DNA of 64,000 nucleotides, taken from Zygnema circumcarinatum SAG 698-1b (lineage: Eukaryota > Plantae > Zygnematophyceae). Each line of letters opens with the position of its first letter. The stretch's first letter is position 1. Positions 11,948-24,820 of the stretch are shown in pieces. Both the position numbers and the translations under genes were made by a program. The notes below the pieces were generated by a model, which did not search any database, was not told the origin of the DNA, and was given only the letters and a program-made list of their open reading frames with translations. Where the stretch lies: the NCBI GenBank assembly GCA_037447605.1, contig CM074805.1:3691361-3755360 (forward strand). Reading direction: 5' to 3'.

Positions 11948-12819
11948 ATGGCTAGGGTTTGGGAGAGCCGCGGGAGGACGGTGTACTCGTCCGGCGCCGA
12001 GTGGGAGGGCCGCGTGGGCTACTGCCGCGCCGTGCGCGCGGGGAGCTTCGTGTCTGTCTCGGGCTGCACAGCTGTCGCTGCAGGAGGGGGACACGTGGGG
12101 GAAGGAGACGCCTACTTGCAGGCAGGCGACGGAGGGCTCGCCCGCAATTCTGCATTATAGAGAAGGAATACAATGAAGAATCATATTATTTTGATTTTTT
12201 TGAAGTAGTGTTGTAGATGGGATGAATGCAGTCATGCGAGCTGTAGCAGTGGTTGCGTCGAAGTTTTTTTTCTCCGCTTTGGAAGCGCTGGGAACACTGG
12301 ATGCATTGGAAATTTCTGAGTTTGATTTCAATTTTCAAGTGCTTATCGCGGAGCAAGTTCTGTAAAACGGTATAATTTGGTCATGAAGTGGAAGCTTGTA
12401 TCAATTAAGGGTCTTAGAATGAAGACGTCATGAAGACGAGAGGAGAACAAAACATGTCTTTTAAGATTCAGAAGCGATTCATAGCAATTGAATGTTCGAA
12501 CGGTGCTATGCTCTCGAGAATGTGTGAAATTGCTAGTTGTTGGCTTTGCTAGTTCTCATTTAGCGACGAACTTCGCTTGCAGACTCGCAGATGTCTAGAG
12601 ATCATTGCGGAGAGCCTTGAAAAGGTGGGGAGCTCGATCAATGATGTGGTGCGGACGCGCATGTACGTTGTAGACATCGATAGGGACAACGCTGCTGTTG
12701 GGAGAGCACATTTTGAAGTGTTTAAAGACGTTCTTCCAGCCACATCCATGGTGCAGGTGGCCAAGCTCATCTCGCCGTGGATGTTGGTAGAAGTGGAGGC
12801 TGACGCAATTGTGCTCTGA
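11948..12819 (+). CDS. Rid family (YjgF/YER057c/UK114) protein, bacterial Rid6-like type
   Basis: Exons 11948-12121 and 12583-12819, joined by a GC-AG intron. SSGAEWEGRVGYCRAVRAGSFVSVSGCTA...EGDAYLQ|TRRCLEIIAESLEKVGSSINDVVRTRMYVVD...VGRAHFEVFKDVLPATSMVQVAKLISPWMLVEVEADA. Confidence 0.92.
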
Positions 12820-14192
12820 GCCCCTCTTGAAGGAGACTGTGCGCTTCGAGCTATAGGGACTTACTTTAAAGATTTAGAGTGGAGTATTGTAGAGAAGGAA
12901 TCTTGTCTGCTTAGCACAGACATATATCTGGGATGCTTTTTGTATATGGTAGCTCCGCTATTGGCAGGCCCTTCCAATGCTCATGGATAGGTCCAAATGA
13001 ACTTCAACATTGAGTCTTAGATAAATATTTGCAAAAAGCTGAATACGAAACTAAAGGGGCTACGGGCAAGCCAGTGGAGACTCTGTGCAAAGCGTATGAT
13101 TAAGAATGAGAGATTTTATGCAGTCTATGACGGAACGTTTATTAACTATAATTTCTGTCTTGCTGAGATTTGTCCCACCACAATTGACTCGTTGCAGGTT
13201 TCTTCGTTTTACTTACGTAATGCCACGCTTTCAGGTCAACGGATGCTATGAAGGGATAGGGGCTTCGTATTCACGGTCACCTGCATCTTCCAAAGGCCAC
13301 AACATGGGGGCTTTCATAACTACGTTTCAATGTGAAAACAATGGAACACAAGAGCTGTTGACTTCTTTCGACCGAAACACTTCACGCGAACGTATGCAGT
13401 CTTGTGATCATGCCATGGAGATGCCATGACTGAAACGAATTTATCAATGCCACTCTGAATTTGCATTCTGACTGAACATTACGTGTTTGTGTGCTAAGTC
13501 ATCTTGTCCGTGGTGGGTGGGTAATCCTTCAAATCAAGAAGCCCTTTCGGTATAAATCTGGCTTGACAGCTAATCAAGAAGTTGAGGCGACATTTGCAGT
13601 GAATGCTGACATAAAGATCTGCATCAACCACCGCCTCTAGCCCGGGCCAGTCTACTTATGTACCTCTCATTTTTTTTTGGGATTAGCTATATTAGTATAG
13701 GCCATACTTTTTTTTCGTCCGTACTAACTGCAGTAAAAGACGATATTCTGAAACTGAACTTCAGAATTACTAATGTGACATTGGAAAGAAAGTGACCTAT
13801 TTGGTGGGAAAGGCGGGAGGGCATCTCCACGTTATATGCAGGCCGCAGAAGCTTTCTCCGTTGTGTTAATCCTCCGTGGAAATTTATTTGGAAGTTTCTT
13901 AGGTAAGATATTGAGATGTACATCATTCCATTCTTTATTATTATGTTTTTTTTCCGTCACGCCATTACATTGCATGAAATAGGAGAGGGGGAGAGGGGGA
14001 GTGTGAAAGTGACGAAGAGGATGGGAGAAACAACTTGCTGTTTGTAGATACCTTTGGCGTTAAACAATTGTAGTTTGAATCGACCAAAGACCAAAAAACG
14101 TTTAGACACCAAAGCATATCCAAAGCTGAAGATCCTCCTTCCCATGGCTACACATCTGCTTTATTTCCAAAATCCACTCTCGCCTATCCTCG

Positions 14193-16768
14193 TTATGCCC
14201 ACACTCCTTCAAAGAGAGGCTTCTCTCGCTTGCCTTTAGCAGCAGGCTCCCCGAGCTGTTGTAAGAAGTCGGGACACTCCTTCCCCTCCTCACCCTTCAA
14301 TTCCAGTCCGAGCTCTTCTTCGATGTCATCAGACCCAGAGATGAGAAGAAATTCGCAGCCTTCATAGTTGAGGAAGTCAGGCGGGTCGCATCCAATGAAG
14401 CGCCGCGATCCGATCAGCCCCTGCAGGCGGGCGGGGAAGGTCGCCCTGCGTTTCTTGCTCAAGCCGGCCTGTGCTGTTGCGGCCTCGGGATTCTTGATCT
14501 GCACAGTCAATAAGGTCCAGAAAAGAAGTTTCACTTCTAACTTTCCCCAGACGTGGAATAATAGGCACAGAATTTGAGCAAAAAAATTAAACATTTTTTC
14601 GTTGTGTGAAGCATGCGCCTAGTCTCATATACATGACAAATCTTCAACGCAAAATATGCAGCCCTTTCTCATGCAACGAAAGGAAACGACCAGGAAAAAA
14701 GCCTGACAAAGGCAAGACAAGGTTACCTGTAAAATGTATGACGCCTCCCGTGAAATGTTCAGCGCTTCCTGAGGGCTCTTCTCCTTGTCCTCTTCCGGGT
14801 ACTCCAAGCGATAGACCAAATGCGTGTCCTTGCGGCTGCCATTGGTGTGCTTCAGGATGCGGTACACGCCCTCCCCCACACCCCGAGCGCCTGGCTGATG
14901 TCTTTCGCCCCTTGTGTTGGTCTCCACAACCCCTGCAGAGTGCATGTGCATGCCTTTAAGAACATCTAAACAACACTCTTGTAAATTTCATTCCATGAAT
15001 AAGAGTTAAGCCCTTCATGTCGCGAGCAAGGCCAGCCCCGTTGCCGATATTGTGTAGGGAGTTTCGACACTGCTCGAATGCAAGCGCTCAAGCAAGGACG
15101 TTTTGAACTGAGTCGTACATAACTTTCCAGAATTGCACAGGCAAATCTTGACCTAAGAACATGGAACCAACTAAAACGACTTCTTGGAGCCTGATTTCAT
15201 CAGCCTCTTGACGAACGTGACACTCCCTACCCACCTCCAGAAATCGCACGCTTTACATCCTCAATGCTTTTGGTAACAAGCTCGACATAACCCCAGTAAG
15301 GACGAGTGCGCGAGTCTACGGGTGGGAGGTGCTTGCGACCGATCACCATTATCCTCCACAGGTCCTCTTCTGCAACTTTGATTTCCTGCAGGAACCAGGA
15401 CGCATAACTATTGGATGACACTCTATTCTAGGTTACAATCAACATTCCACGAGCAGAGGCTGCGTTATGTAACTTTCAGGCCACTTTCCGAATTGTCGCA
15501 AGGTTCTTCCTCTGACATTTCGGAGATGAACATTGACATAACGGTCTTCCCATTAAATGATGTGATTTCCATATAAAAGGGCAGTCGCACACTAGGATAC
15601 AGAAGCACTGGTTGCAAGCGAATGACAATTCACTAAAGATTACGTCGATAGTAACGTCAAACGCGGTGCAGAGCTTGTAGAAGGTCAACAAAGGCGTGTC
15701 ATTAGAAAGGAGCCCACCTCGGTTCCTTGACCCTCTTCTGTCCCTTTCTGCTCCTCCTTCACCTCTTCGGCAGATTTTACAGATTCCTTGCTATTTTCCA
15801 CACTGTCACCGGTGGGATTTGCTGCTATACCGACATCCACTTTTCCTTCCTTGAGAGCTGCATCTGGTGTCTGTTTTATCCCGGTCTCTTTCTTGCTTGA
15901 GACGGGATGCAAGATGAGGAAAAAACGTTGAATGTCGTCTATACTCTGAGGCTCCGATTCATCCACACGCGGTCGGTACAAGAAAAATATATCACCTCCT
16001 TCCTGTTCAAACACCGTTAACCATGGAGAAAGTGTTTTAGCGAACGACGTCAACAAGGCGATAAGGCGTTAGGCATATGCCAGCATTGAAGAAACAGAGC
16101 GACTGCTTGCATGCGTAAGTGTTTTGCTTCGCTCCTCGGTGAAAGTTATCAGCGTACTTTGCAGATATCTTGTAGAAGTTCAATCCTTATTCACGCGGCA
16201 AAACACACAGGGTTGGCCCAAGTGCAAGAAGAAGGCCAGGGATTTGATGCCGGAAGGAGGAGGGTTAACTCATGCAATATCACAAAATCTGGAGCACCGT
16301 CTAGTTCAAAAGATGTGATTTCTTATCACATGCGATCGATTCTGACAATGGAAAACAAAGAGAAGATAAACTCAAACAGAACATCCGAAGCCAATTCAGC
16401 TACCAAAGGTTTCCACATATGTCCGTCTTTTCTCCGAATGCTATTGTTGATGCACTAATCAAACCAATGATTGCCCACACGTTTTTTCAGCTGCTCCGAG
16501 AAATTCCGGTATTCGCATGCATCACATCCGCAGTACCTCTGTACGTCTGTGCAAAACTTAGGCCAGCAGCGGAAATCAGCAAACCCGTCAACAACCGACC
16601 TCTGCCCGTAGAGCACCGTGAGCAACAACAGAGACAACAGCGATAAGAATCCTAAACTAAACCAAACCAAACCTCTTTTCCACGTCCCTCCAAGGAAGTC
16701 GCCATTCTCTTTACCTCAATCTCCACCTCCACATTCTGCTGAGTCTGCACGACCTCCCCCTGCCCCAT
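14193..16768 (-). CDS. Conserved uncharacterised protein (from memory resembles the Arabidopsis At1g16770-type family, with fungal and prokaryotic homologs)
   Basis: Five exons: MGQGEVVQTQQNVEVEIE | EGGDIFFLYRPRV...DDIQRFFLILHP | LWRIMVIGRKHLP...RPYWGYVELV | TRGERHQPGARGVGEGVYRI...THLVYRLEYP...PQEALNISREASYILQ | IKNP...FLNYEGCEFLLI...KPLFEGVWA*. Confidence 0.8.
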
Positions 16769-16911
16769 AGTCGCAGTCCTGCGGCCCGCCCTCCCTCCCT
16801 CCCAGAGCCCCCCTACCTGCCTGCCTGCCTCACGCCCAAGCGCTGCCCTGCAGAGCGGCTCCGGCGGAGGGAGGGAGGGAGGGAGGGAGGAAGGGAGGGA
16901 GGGAGCGCCTG

Positions 16912-17022
16912 GCCCACGTGGCTCCCGCGCGGAAGGCGGCGGCCATGCAGCGCCATTTGGCCGCCGCCACGTGGCGCGCCGCGCGGACGTTGCGGGCTTT
17001 GGCTGGCGCCGTACCGTACGGT
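16912..17022. promoter_or_regulatory. Paired G-box/ABRE plus CGTAC motifs upstream of the uncharacterised gene
   Basis: CCCACGTGGC (~16913), GCCACGTGGC (~16966), CCGTACCGTACGG (~17009). Confidence 0.5.
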
Positions 17023-17850
17023 CTGGGCGGACCGCCGCGTCCAAGACAGAACTTGGGAGGCGCAGAGGGAGGGGGGAGGGGGAGAAAGGGGGGAGGGGGA
17101 GAAAGGGGGGAGGGGAAAAGGAAGGGAGGGAGGGAGGGAGGGACTGGGACTGGGACGCGTGGCTGGCTGGCTGGCTGCGGGGGCGGACCTTCCTATACGG
17201 CTTGGGGGGGCTTCGCCTCCCATCAGCACAAATCCTGGATCAGCCACTGGTTGATTGGCTGTTAGCTTTTGGGAGCGCGCCGAACCTGCGTGGCAACACC
17301 TCTTGCAAATGACTTGAATGTGGTGCCATGTTCAGGCTCGGCTAGGGCTTGTCTGTTTAACAAATCTGAAACGGAATGTCTCTAGATCGCATGTGTTAAA
17401 TGTTAATTGAGTGGATCCCCACATCTATACAAATGTGAGGTGCAAAGTCACCACAGCCACCCCTGCTGGTAGTCACAGCAGACGGGCTGACGCAGAGGAA
17501 GTGCCGCGAGAGGTTGCGACTTCAAAGTAAACAGCTGTGAGTGCGGTCTTTCGGTTTCCTTCGCTGGCGTTCCGCAGAACGCCGCATTCACCCCGCGGAA
17601 CTTTCTGTACATTTTCCAAGGCTTATACCAAAGGCGGAAACGACGAAGGAGAGTCTAGATCATCGCAAGAACAAAAATATGTTGACCTCGATTTCACCAT
17701 CCAGATGTCTATCCTGCTGTATGGCTACAGAGCTTGCGTCTACTATATACGTCTCTGCAACTTCTGCGGGCAATGAAAGGCCCCTTCAAACAAGCCAATA
17801 TGCTATGCACAGAACAGGCGCAGCTGAACACGAAAGAGTCAGCAGACGCC

Positions 17851-20239
17851 CTACATTTCCATCGCCACGGTCTGCAGAATCTCAAGCACTAGCTCAGGAT
17901 CATCTTTACTTAGCACTATTGCTCGAAAGTCCTCTGTGAAGGCTACTTCTCGGAAATTACGAGCAATGCACTCAAGACACGCCGTCTTCACTCGAGGGGC
18001 GTCGTACAGCCGCGCATGCAGAAGGGTCTCCACCGCTGAATGAGGCGCCACATTGGCGGAGACGGCAGCTTCACAAACGCGCTTCAGTTCCGGCACATCA
18101 TACTTGTGTGCAGCTGCAAGCATGGAGAGTCCATGCTCGTTCATAGCCTTTGTATCGTGCTCACCTGACAATCACCTCCGCCCTATTCGAATCCGGTTAG
18201 CACCGTTGCATATGGTATTGAACATAGCACAATGAGAACACGACTGTAAATGTGCGAAACCTTTGGGAGTCCAATCATGCTTACGCTAACTGTAATCGCA
18301 GTCCCAGCAGCACTTACGAACCAGCAAAACAGAAAGCCAGATAGGATCAGAAGACTGAGAAAGTTCAATATCTATAGAATTTGCTGCTGAACTCAAGTAA
18401 AGCACAGCTCATCATTCACCCAAACAAAGCTATCTGCTCAGATTTAACTTCGATCACAAATCATGTATTCTTGTAGTGCAGAATTGCAATTTTTCTTTGA
18501 GAAAAGGTATTCGTTCAAAGTGCTCACTGACCAGTATAGAGGAATAGGAGAAGACCACGCATGGCTGGTGTTGGAATATCATCCACTCGGATCATTGCTG
18601 AAGTTTTCTCTTTAAGTTCATGCTCGAACATGGCACGGAACACAGGGGAACGGCTTGCCTGTACTCACAGTTGCCAAGATGGGCGACCATATAAAGTCAC
18701 TAAGCTGTTGCTTGGGCAAACAACGAGTCAGACTTGAGCATTGCCAACCCACTCTTTAAGTCTAACTCTTAGAAGATTTGCATGGAGCAATCCTGAGATA
18801 CCTAGATGGAATTTGTTAAACAGCATGGAGCTTACAGCACAGAAGTCTATTGAGAAAAGAAAACAAAGTGAAATAAACCAGGACCGACACCTTGCATCAT
18901 TCTGTTCGCGCATCCTTACAGCCCCTCATTACGAATTCCCTCATGCAAAATCCGCCACTGACACTTACCCATGCTCCCAAGTTAAAGGTACTCAATTCAA
19001 AAAGTTACCAGTATAGCACGGTGCCCAACTGTCTGATCCTCGCCGGTGTATATTGTGACATCACCATGAATCCCTTCCTCAAGCATACTCCGGAAGGCAC
19101 GGCTCACAGTTTCCGATCGTTGTGTCTTGGCACGCTCCCTCTGTAGGTTGGCCTCAACAACCTGCCAAGCCAATGCAAAAAAAAGAGACCTTAGAAAGAG
19201 TGGTCACTTTGATAGGAGGAGATGCTTGAAGCGTTCGAGTGGAGAGATCAACGAGGAGGTATCGATGCCCCTTAATGTGTGGGGCCACTTGTCCTCCCCA
19301 ATGCCGGGAGAGAGCGTCCTGTAATTGCTGAAGAGTTCACAAGCTCGCCGACAGAGAGAAATTCTAACAAACTGATGACCACATTAACACAAAATCACTC
19401 CATATGAAAGTACGAAAAAAATGATTGTGACTAGCTCGTCTCACAAGCGAAACGAGATTAAGACCTGATCGTGGACAAATAGCGTCAAAACACAACAAGA
19501 CGTGCAAGTGAGGGGCATTTACTTTGCAGGTGCCACCATTTCGCGTTTCTTTAGCAGAAATATCATGTCGAAAGATGCCTTACCAGCAGATTTGACTCAG
19601 CGTTCCTTAAACGTTGCTCATGTGCGAACTCGCTGCGACATCTTTGGTCGTAGCAGGAATGGCAATAAGTCACATCACCTTCACAAATCTGGCTGCACTG
19701 TCAACGTAGAGAAGCAGAAGACTCATTAGGAGAATAGAGTTAAATTGTTGAACATGACTTCAAAGCTTCTTCAGTCGTACATTTTCCATACGACAGCAGA
19801 AAGAGCTGTACAGCTTAAGTTTTCCCTCCAAATTTAGACAAAAAATGGAACTACGGGGAAGAAAGCAACGGAAAGTCGGAGCATATCTAATGACATCGTA
19901 ACTGTCATTCATGGTCATCATTCTGAAACGAACGCGCAAGGACCAATCCATCTCAAGAATTCCGGACAACTGGAAACAGTACGACAGGAAATTGCAACTT
20001 TTAGACGAACAATCCTCTGTCTCTGCCTCCATTCACTCGCATGACAAACTGTGAATTAAAAACTTAAAAATGCCGGAACCCAAAAATGCCTAACAAGCCC
20101 AAACAAACATTTTTCCTGTTGTAGGTTGCCAGCCTACAACAAGTCCTGCGGCGAGAACTATCTCAAGCAGTCCAGAGTTGCAGCTTACTTCATAACAAAT
20201 GCTGATGTTGCTGTGATTCTCTCCCACAGTCCTTGACAT
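17851..20239 (-). CDS. BTB/POZ-domain protein with N-terminal CxxC...CxxC motif and coiled coil
   Basis: Exons 20239-20189, ~19697-19584, ~19141-19010, ~18659-18532, ~18164-17851. MSRTVGENHSNISICYE|CSQICEGDVTYCHSCYD...|RSMLEEGIHGDVTIYT...GHRAIL|ASRSPVFRAMFEHELKEK...LLFLYT|...LAAAHKYDVPELKRVCE...LVLEILQ. Confidence 0.85.
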
Positions 20240-21042
20240 TGTCCCTCGCGCCGCTGCCAAATACCCCTATCTCACAAGCAGAGGCATTCATCTGCAGGCT
20301 GCTCCTCCCCTGCAGGCAGGCAGGCCGGCCTGCAGCTGCCTGCAGCAGGACTCTTCCCCTGCATACATTTCCTACCCCCCCTGCGTCACTTTTGAGTTTG
20401 CAGTTTTCCAGTTTCTGTTTGCGCGGTTTTTGGCTCCAAACTGGTTGCCGGTTTGCTAGTTTGTCGGAAAAAACCTGCCCGGGCCCGCACTGGTTTGCAA
20501 CCGGCACGGGACTTTTGGCTACCGGAGTGCCGTTAATATTCGTACCATATTACAGGTATTTACACACCTCAACTGGATATAAACACTCTTTTTCCTGAGT
20601 TAACCTCCGTTAGGGACACGTTTCTACCGTAGGCTGTACGGTACGGCCGTTTACCAGTAAAGGACATGTCAGACCAAGGCATCGTCAGTTATACTGAAGA
20701 AAAATTTCCGTACATCAAATGTCAGAACTAGTACTCTAACGAGATAGATATCTGTGCTTGGGAGTACTTAGTCTTAAAAAACAAGTTACCATGCACGAGC
20801 TTCCCGCCAAATGCTAGCCAGTGCCACTTGCGCGTGAAATCTCAATTTCGCAAATTATGGGTTTTTCTACTCCTTTTTGCGATACGGAAATTTATTTTCG
20901 TTTTTGGTCCGCTAGCCTCCGTCCCTCTTGCAGTCAGTCCTGCGGCCCTTGACTGACCGCCTGACTGCCTGCTTGCCAGCTTGCCAGCTTGCCTGCTTAC
21001 TTGCTTGCTTGCAGGCGCGGGGTGCTGCTGGCAGGGAGGGCC

Positions 21043-24000
21043 ATGGCGGGGCCCTCGTGCTGCTGGTGCCATGGCGGGGGGGGGGACTCGATGCACATGT
21101 CAGAACTCGTCCTTTCGAGGATGGATAGCGCCCGGAGCTTGTGGACATCCATGGCTGCTCGTCAGATTGCCGTTCCTAGCAGTTTAGTTCATGCCCCTTT
21201 GCGACGCTTTCCCGCGCGTTGGACGATTACGGAAGCAGCCATTGACAGAAAGAAAAAGGGTGTAAAGGTCGAGGGATCAGGAGACGCACAAATGCTTTGT
21301 TCAGGTAGCGCCTGCCAACACATTCGTTGGTCATGAGTATAGAGGCTATGAGGAATGCAGCTAGCATCAAAACCATTGCATTTAACCTTGCTTGATTCAC
21401 TTCTTATGCCAATGAAGCAGGGGAACACTTATAGTCTGTTTGAAATTCGCGCTGGAGCATCTTGGCTTTGTTTTGTCGATTAACAAGAGCTATATCGTAT
21501 GCCTGCTCTAGAAATTGATCAAAAGGGCCGATGTCGTACAAACCGTGCATTCAAACTTTTGTGCTTCTAGTTGGCTATTGCTCGTCGTTAGTCGTTTTGG
21601 CAGCTTCACTTAGCGAGCAATGTTCACGGAGCCATGGGAATGCAGCAAGCTGTTATCTAGAGGTTGACGGTGTAGCCGTGTGCTTTCCTCTTGCATATTT
21701 GTGAGGTAAGTGTACATCCTGTCGTAGGATCACTACACGAAAAAAGGAAACAGCCTTGGCTGATTGATAAGTGCTTTATAAAGCCAAAGCTCTAATCAGC
21801 AGAAAAGCATCCACTTTCAGTTGAAAGTTTTACATGGAGGATGCACTGATCCTTATCTGTAGGCCATGCAAACTAGGTTGGAATGGTGGTTCAGGCTACC
21901 TTGCTGGTCATTAAACGAGCAGGAAGCAATCGTGATAAGCACACCACAACAGGAAGCGCCTCCTTCACAAAGCATGCGAACCCCCCTCTATTCACTTTCT
22001 TATCCTATTTTCCTTTTCCTCCGTTGCAGGGCTAGCTAACCGGCTGTTTGGCAATTCTGGCATACATCATGAATGTGCATTTGGCTCTGAACAAACTTGT
22101 TCGAAATTCGTTTATGTTGTTCTCCTTCTGGAGTGAAAGTTTGTCAAACAAACTTGACCATGGGAAAAGAGAAAGACAAGTGCATGTCCAAAAAGTTTTT
22201 CTTTTGCGCACACAAAAGATAATGCTTGCTAATCTTCAAATAATTAAGTCTGTACTCGGATGTCGAAGGGAAAGCAAGATTTAGGAAACATCGCCTTACT
22301 TATTTCGCATTCATTCACAAGGACATTAAAAGGAATTATTGGAAATTAAGCCCAATAGAATGATGTTCAAGGGGGGAAAGGGGGGGAGGGGGAGGGGATT
22401 TTGGTTTGCCTTGGGCCATTTTTTCTATTGAAGGAGACTCTGCATTTTCTTTCCAAGGCACGCATCAAGTCGTAAAAGTATTCCGCTCGTACTTCGAAAA
22501 CCAAAACGCTCTTAGCAACCACCCCTTGTCTTGTGTATCCAACTTCTTATAGCCGTATGCTGTTGTGCAGTTCAGATGTCAGCAGCCTCGGAATCGAAGC
22601 CTTCTAAAGCGAACGATTGGCATGAAAATGTTCTAAAAGCAGGCTTCGCAGTCGCCTGTTTCGCTTTGCTGGAGATGTCATCATTTGCAGGTATCATGTC
22701 TTCTCTGTAAAGAAGTAGGATTCTCACCTCTTGTTCAAGTACTTCTAACTGATGATAGGTCAGTTACGCAAACATGCAGCTCAATCACCATGATTTGTCC
22801 TTCTACAAGTAATTCGTAGGCTGAATTGTTGAAGTGTTAAGGTTTTGAAGGGACCAGGATGTGAGATTTTATGATTTACTCCTTCTTGGTGGTCCGTCCT
22901 TTTTATGGCCGTTCACCAATTCAAAGCCTTTGCAGAGACTGGAAGAGCATCACAATCAGCTGCTTGCAGTCGTCTTGCATTCCACCTTTGCGTCATGTCT
23001 GTGACGACGACAGATGCAAAAATGATGCATACCTTTTTCAGGCATATTAGGAGGGCCTATGGCTTCGAATGAAAGGGGAAGGTGGAAAACTGAGGAATGT
23101 GCCAATTGGCACCACAAAGCAAGACGTTCTGATGTTATTCCTTTCGACATTGTGTGGTTTCAGACTATATCCGTGCTGAAACAGCTGTTCCTTTGTCCCC
23201 TCAGCCAGCTCCCGCAAAGCCTGTCACCTTGGGCAGAATATTTTCAGGGAAACTTGGCTATTCTTTCTTCTATCCAGAAGGATTTATTGTTGCCACGGTA
23301 TGTTTTCTACAGGTTGGATCTCTCAGGTCGATTCCATGCTTTTGTATGGCAATCACCGTTGCTACAGTCTGTCATAATGCTTTTCGTTCAATTCACACAG
23401 ACATTCTTGGATTCCATGAGGTGACATGTTACTTGGAGTTTCATATTCCTCATGACATGATGTGCAGAATCGAAAGGGAGATGAGGACCGCCAGCCAGAT
23501 GGTTCTCAAGCACTCGCTCTGGTTGGGAACTTCGCCAGTTTTGATACTGTGAGTGTGAAAGCCATTTGTTTTCAGAGGCGTGTACCTTCGGGCTCTTGCA
23601 TGTGAACAAGTTAGTCTTTTCCGGATTGATCCAAGAACTTCAGTCATCAACTTGTCGTCCTGTGTTAATTTAAAAGCTATGTTGCTCACTCTTCAAATCT
23701 TGTTTAGCAGCTCCGATGATTCTCTTTGCCTGAATTGCTTCACACAATCTTCACCAGTTATTTGCTGTAGAAATGATTCGTGCATCAGTTGCGCCATTGT
23801 GATATATTTCAGATAAGTGTGACTCGATATCCCATGAACGACATGGACATTGCTCTGTCGCCTCTGGACCTTGCAACCAAGCTCCTTGCTGGCGGCGTAA
23901 GATTTCCTCAATTGGAGTGCCGTAACTTATCTGGGCCCATCTTGTTCCATAGCTTTCAGTTGACACTTCTGTCTTACCGTGAAGGAACCTGTACATTATG

Positions 24001-24820
24001 TGTGGACGACTTTTCCCAAGTCTTTCTGTGAGAAAAAGAGTACTCTCAAATGTCCCAGCCACTGCATACGAAGCTTTGCCCAAAGTTCGAAGTGCAACCC
24101 TGTTTGAATGGTTGGATCTGTCCCTGAGTCGTAGAGAAGAGTTGCGTAGAAAAAATGTTGGACTTCCCGGCTGACTCTCATGAAGACAGCCATGTCCGAG
24201 TATGAGACTGATTGCCACAGGTTGGTGGGGAGCTTGCATGGCGTCACAGAATGTGCGGACAGAGTTCATCTCTGCTACAAAACGGGAGCAGAGTGACTCC
24301 TCGATTGCAGGCAGTGGGCCACAATTTGACTATGAGTAAGAAATCACTCTGAACTAAACAAGTGCAGTTACTCATTTAAACTTTGAAATTTTGGCTTTCA
24401 AGCACCAGCGATAGCTAAGATAGCTGCTGATGCATTCCTCTGGGGCATCTTGCAGGTATGTGACGGAAGTTTGTCGCGGCAACCTGGAGGAGGGCAAAGG
24501 AGGGGTGCCCGACTGTGTGAGTTCAAGCGATGGGAGCCTCCTTGCAACAATTGTTCGCCACCATGTAGCCTCTGTGGCTGTGCACGGAGGTAGGTGGCTA
24601 CTTGTGCTTGCCCTCACTTGCCTGCTCTGTACTAGAAATGTTCTTTTCTTTCTCTTGAGGAGTCACCTTGAGCTGCTTTTACATTCGTCCTGAACACCTT
24701 TCACATTGTTGCTGGTCTGCAGGAGAGTGGTATGTGGTCAGTGCCAGCTCAGCAGAAACAAGATGGGCCGAAATGGCTGGTGCTTTACGTGCTTCGGTGT
24801 CATCCTTTTCATTTTCTTAG
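21043..24820 (+). CDS. PsbP-domain (PPD-like) thylakoid-lumen protein
   Basis: Transit-peptide-like first exon, hydrophobic signal (KAGFAVACFALLEMSSFA), then GYSFFYPEGF | LVGNFASFDT|ISVTRY | FDYE|YVTEVCRGNLEEGKGGVPDC...RHHVASVAVHGG|EWYVVSASSAETRWAEMAGALRASVSSFSFS*. The start codon and one internal exon are uncertain. Confidence 0.72.
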
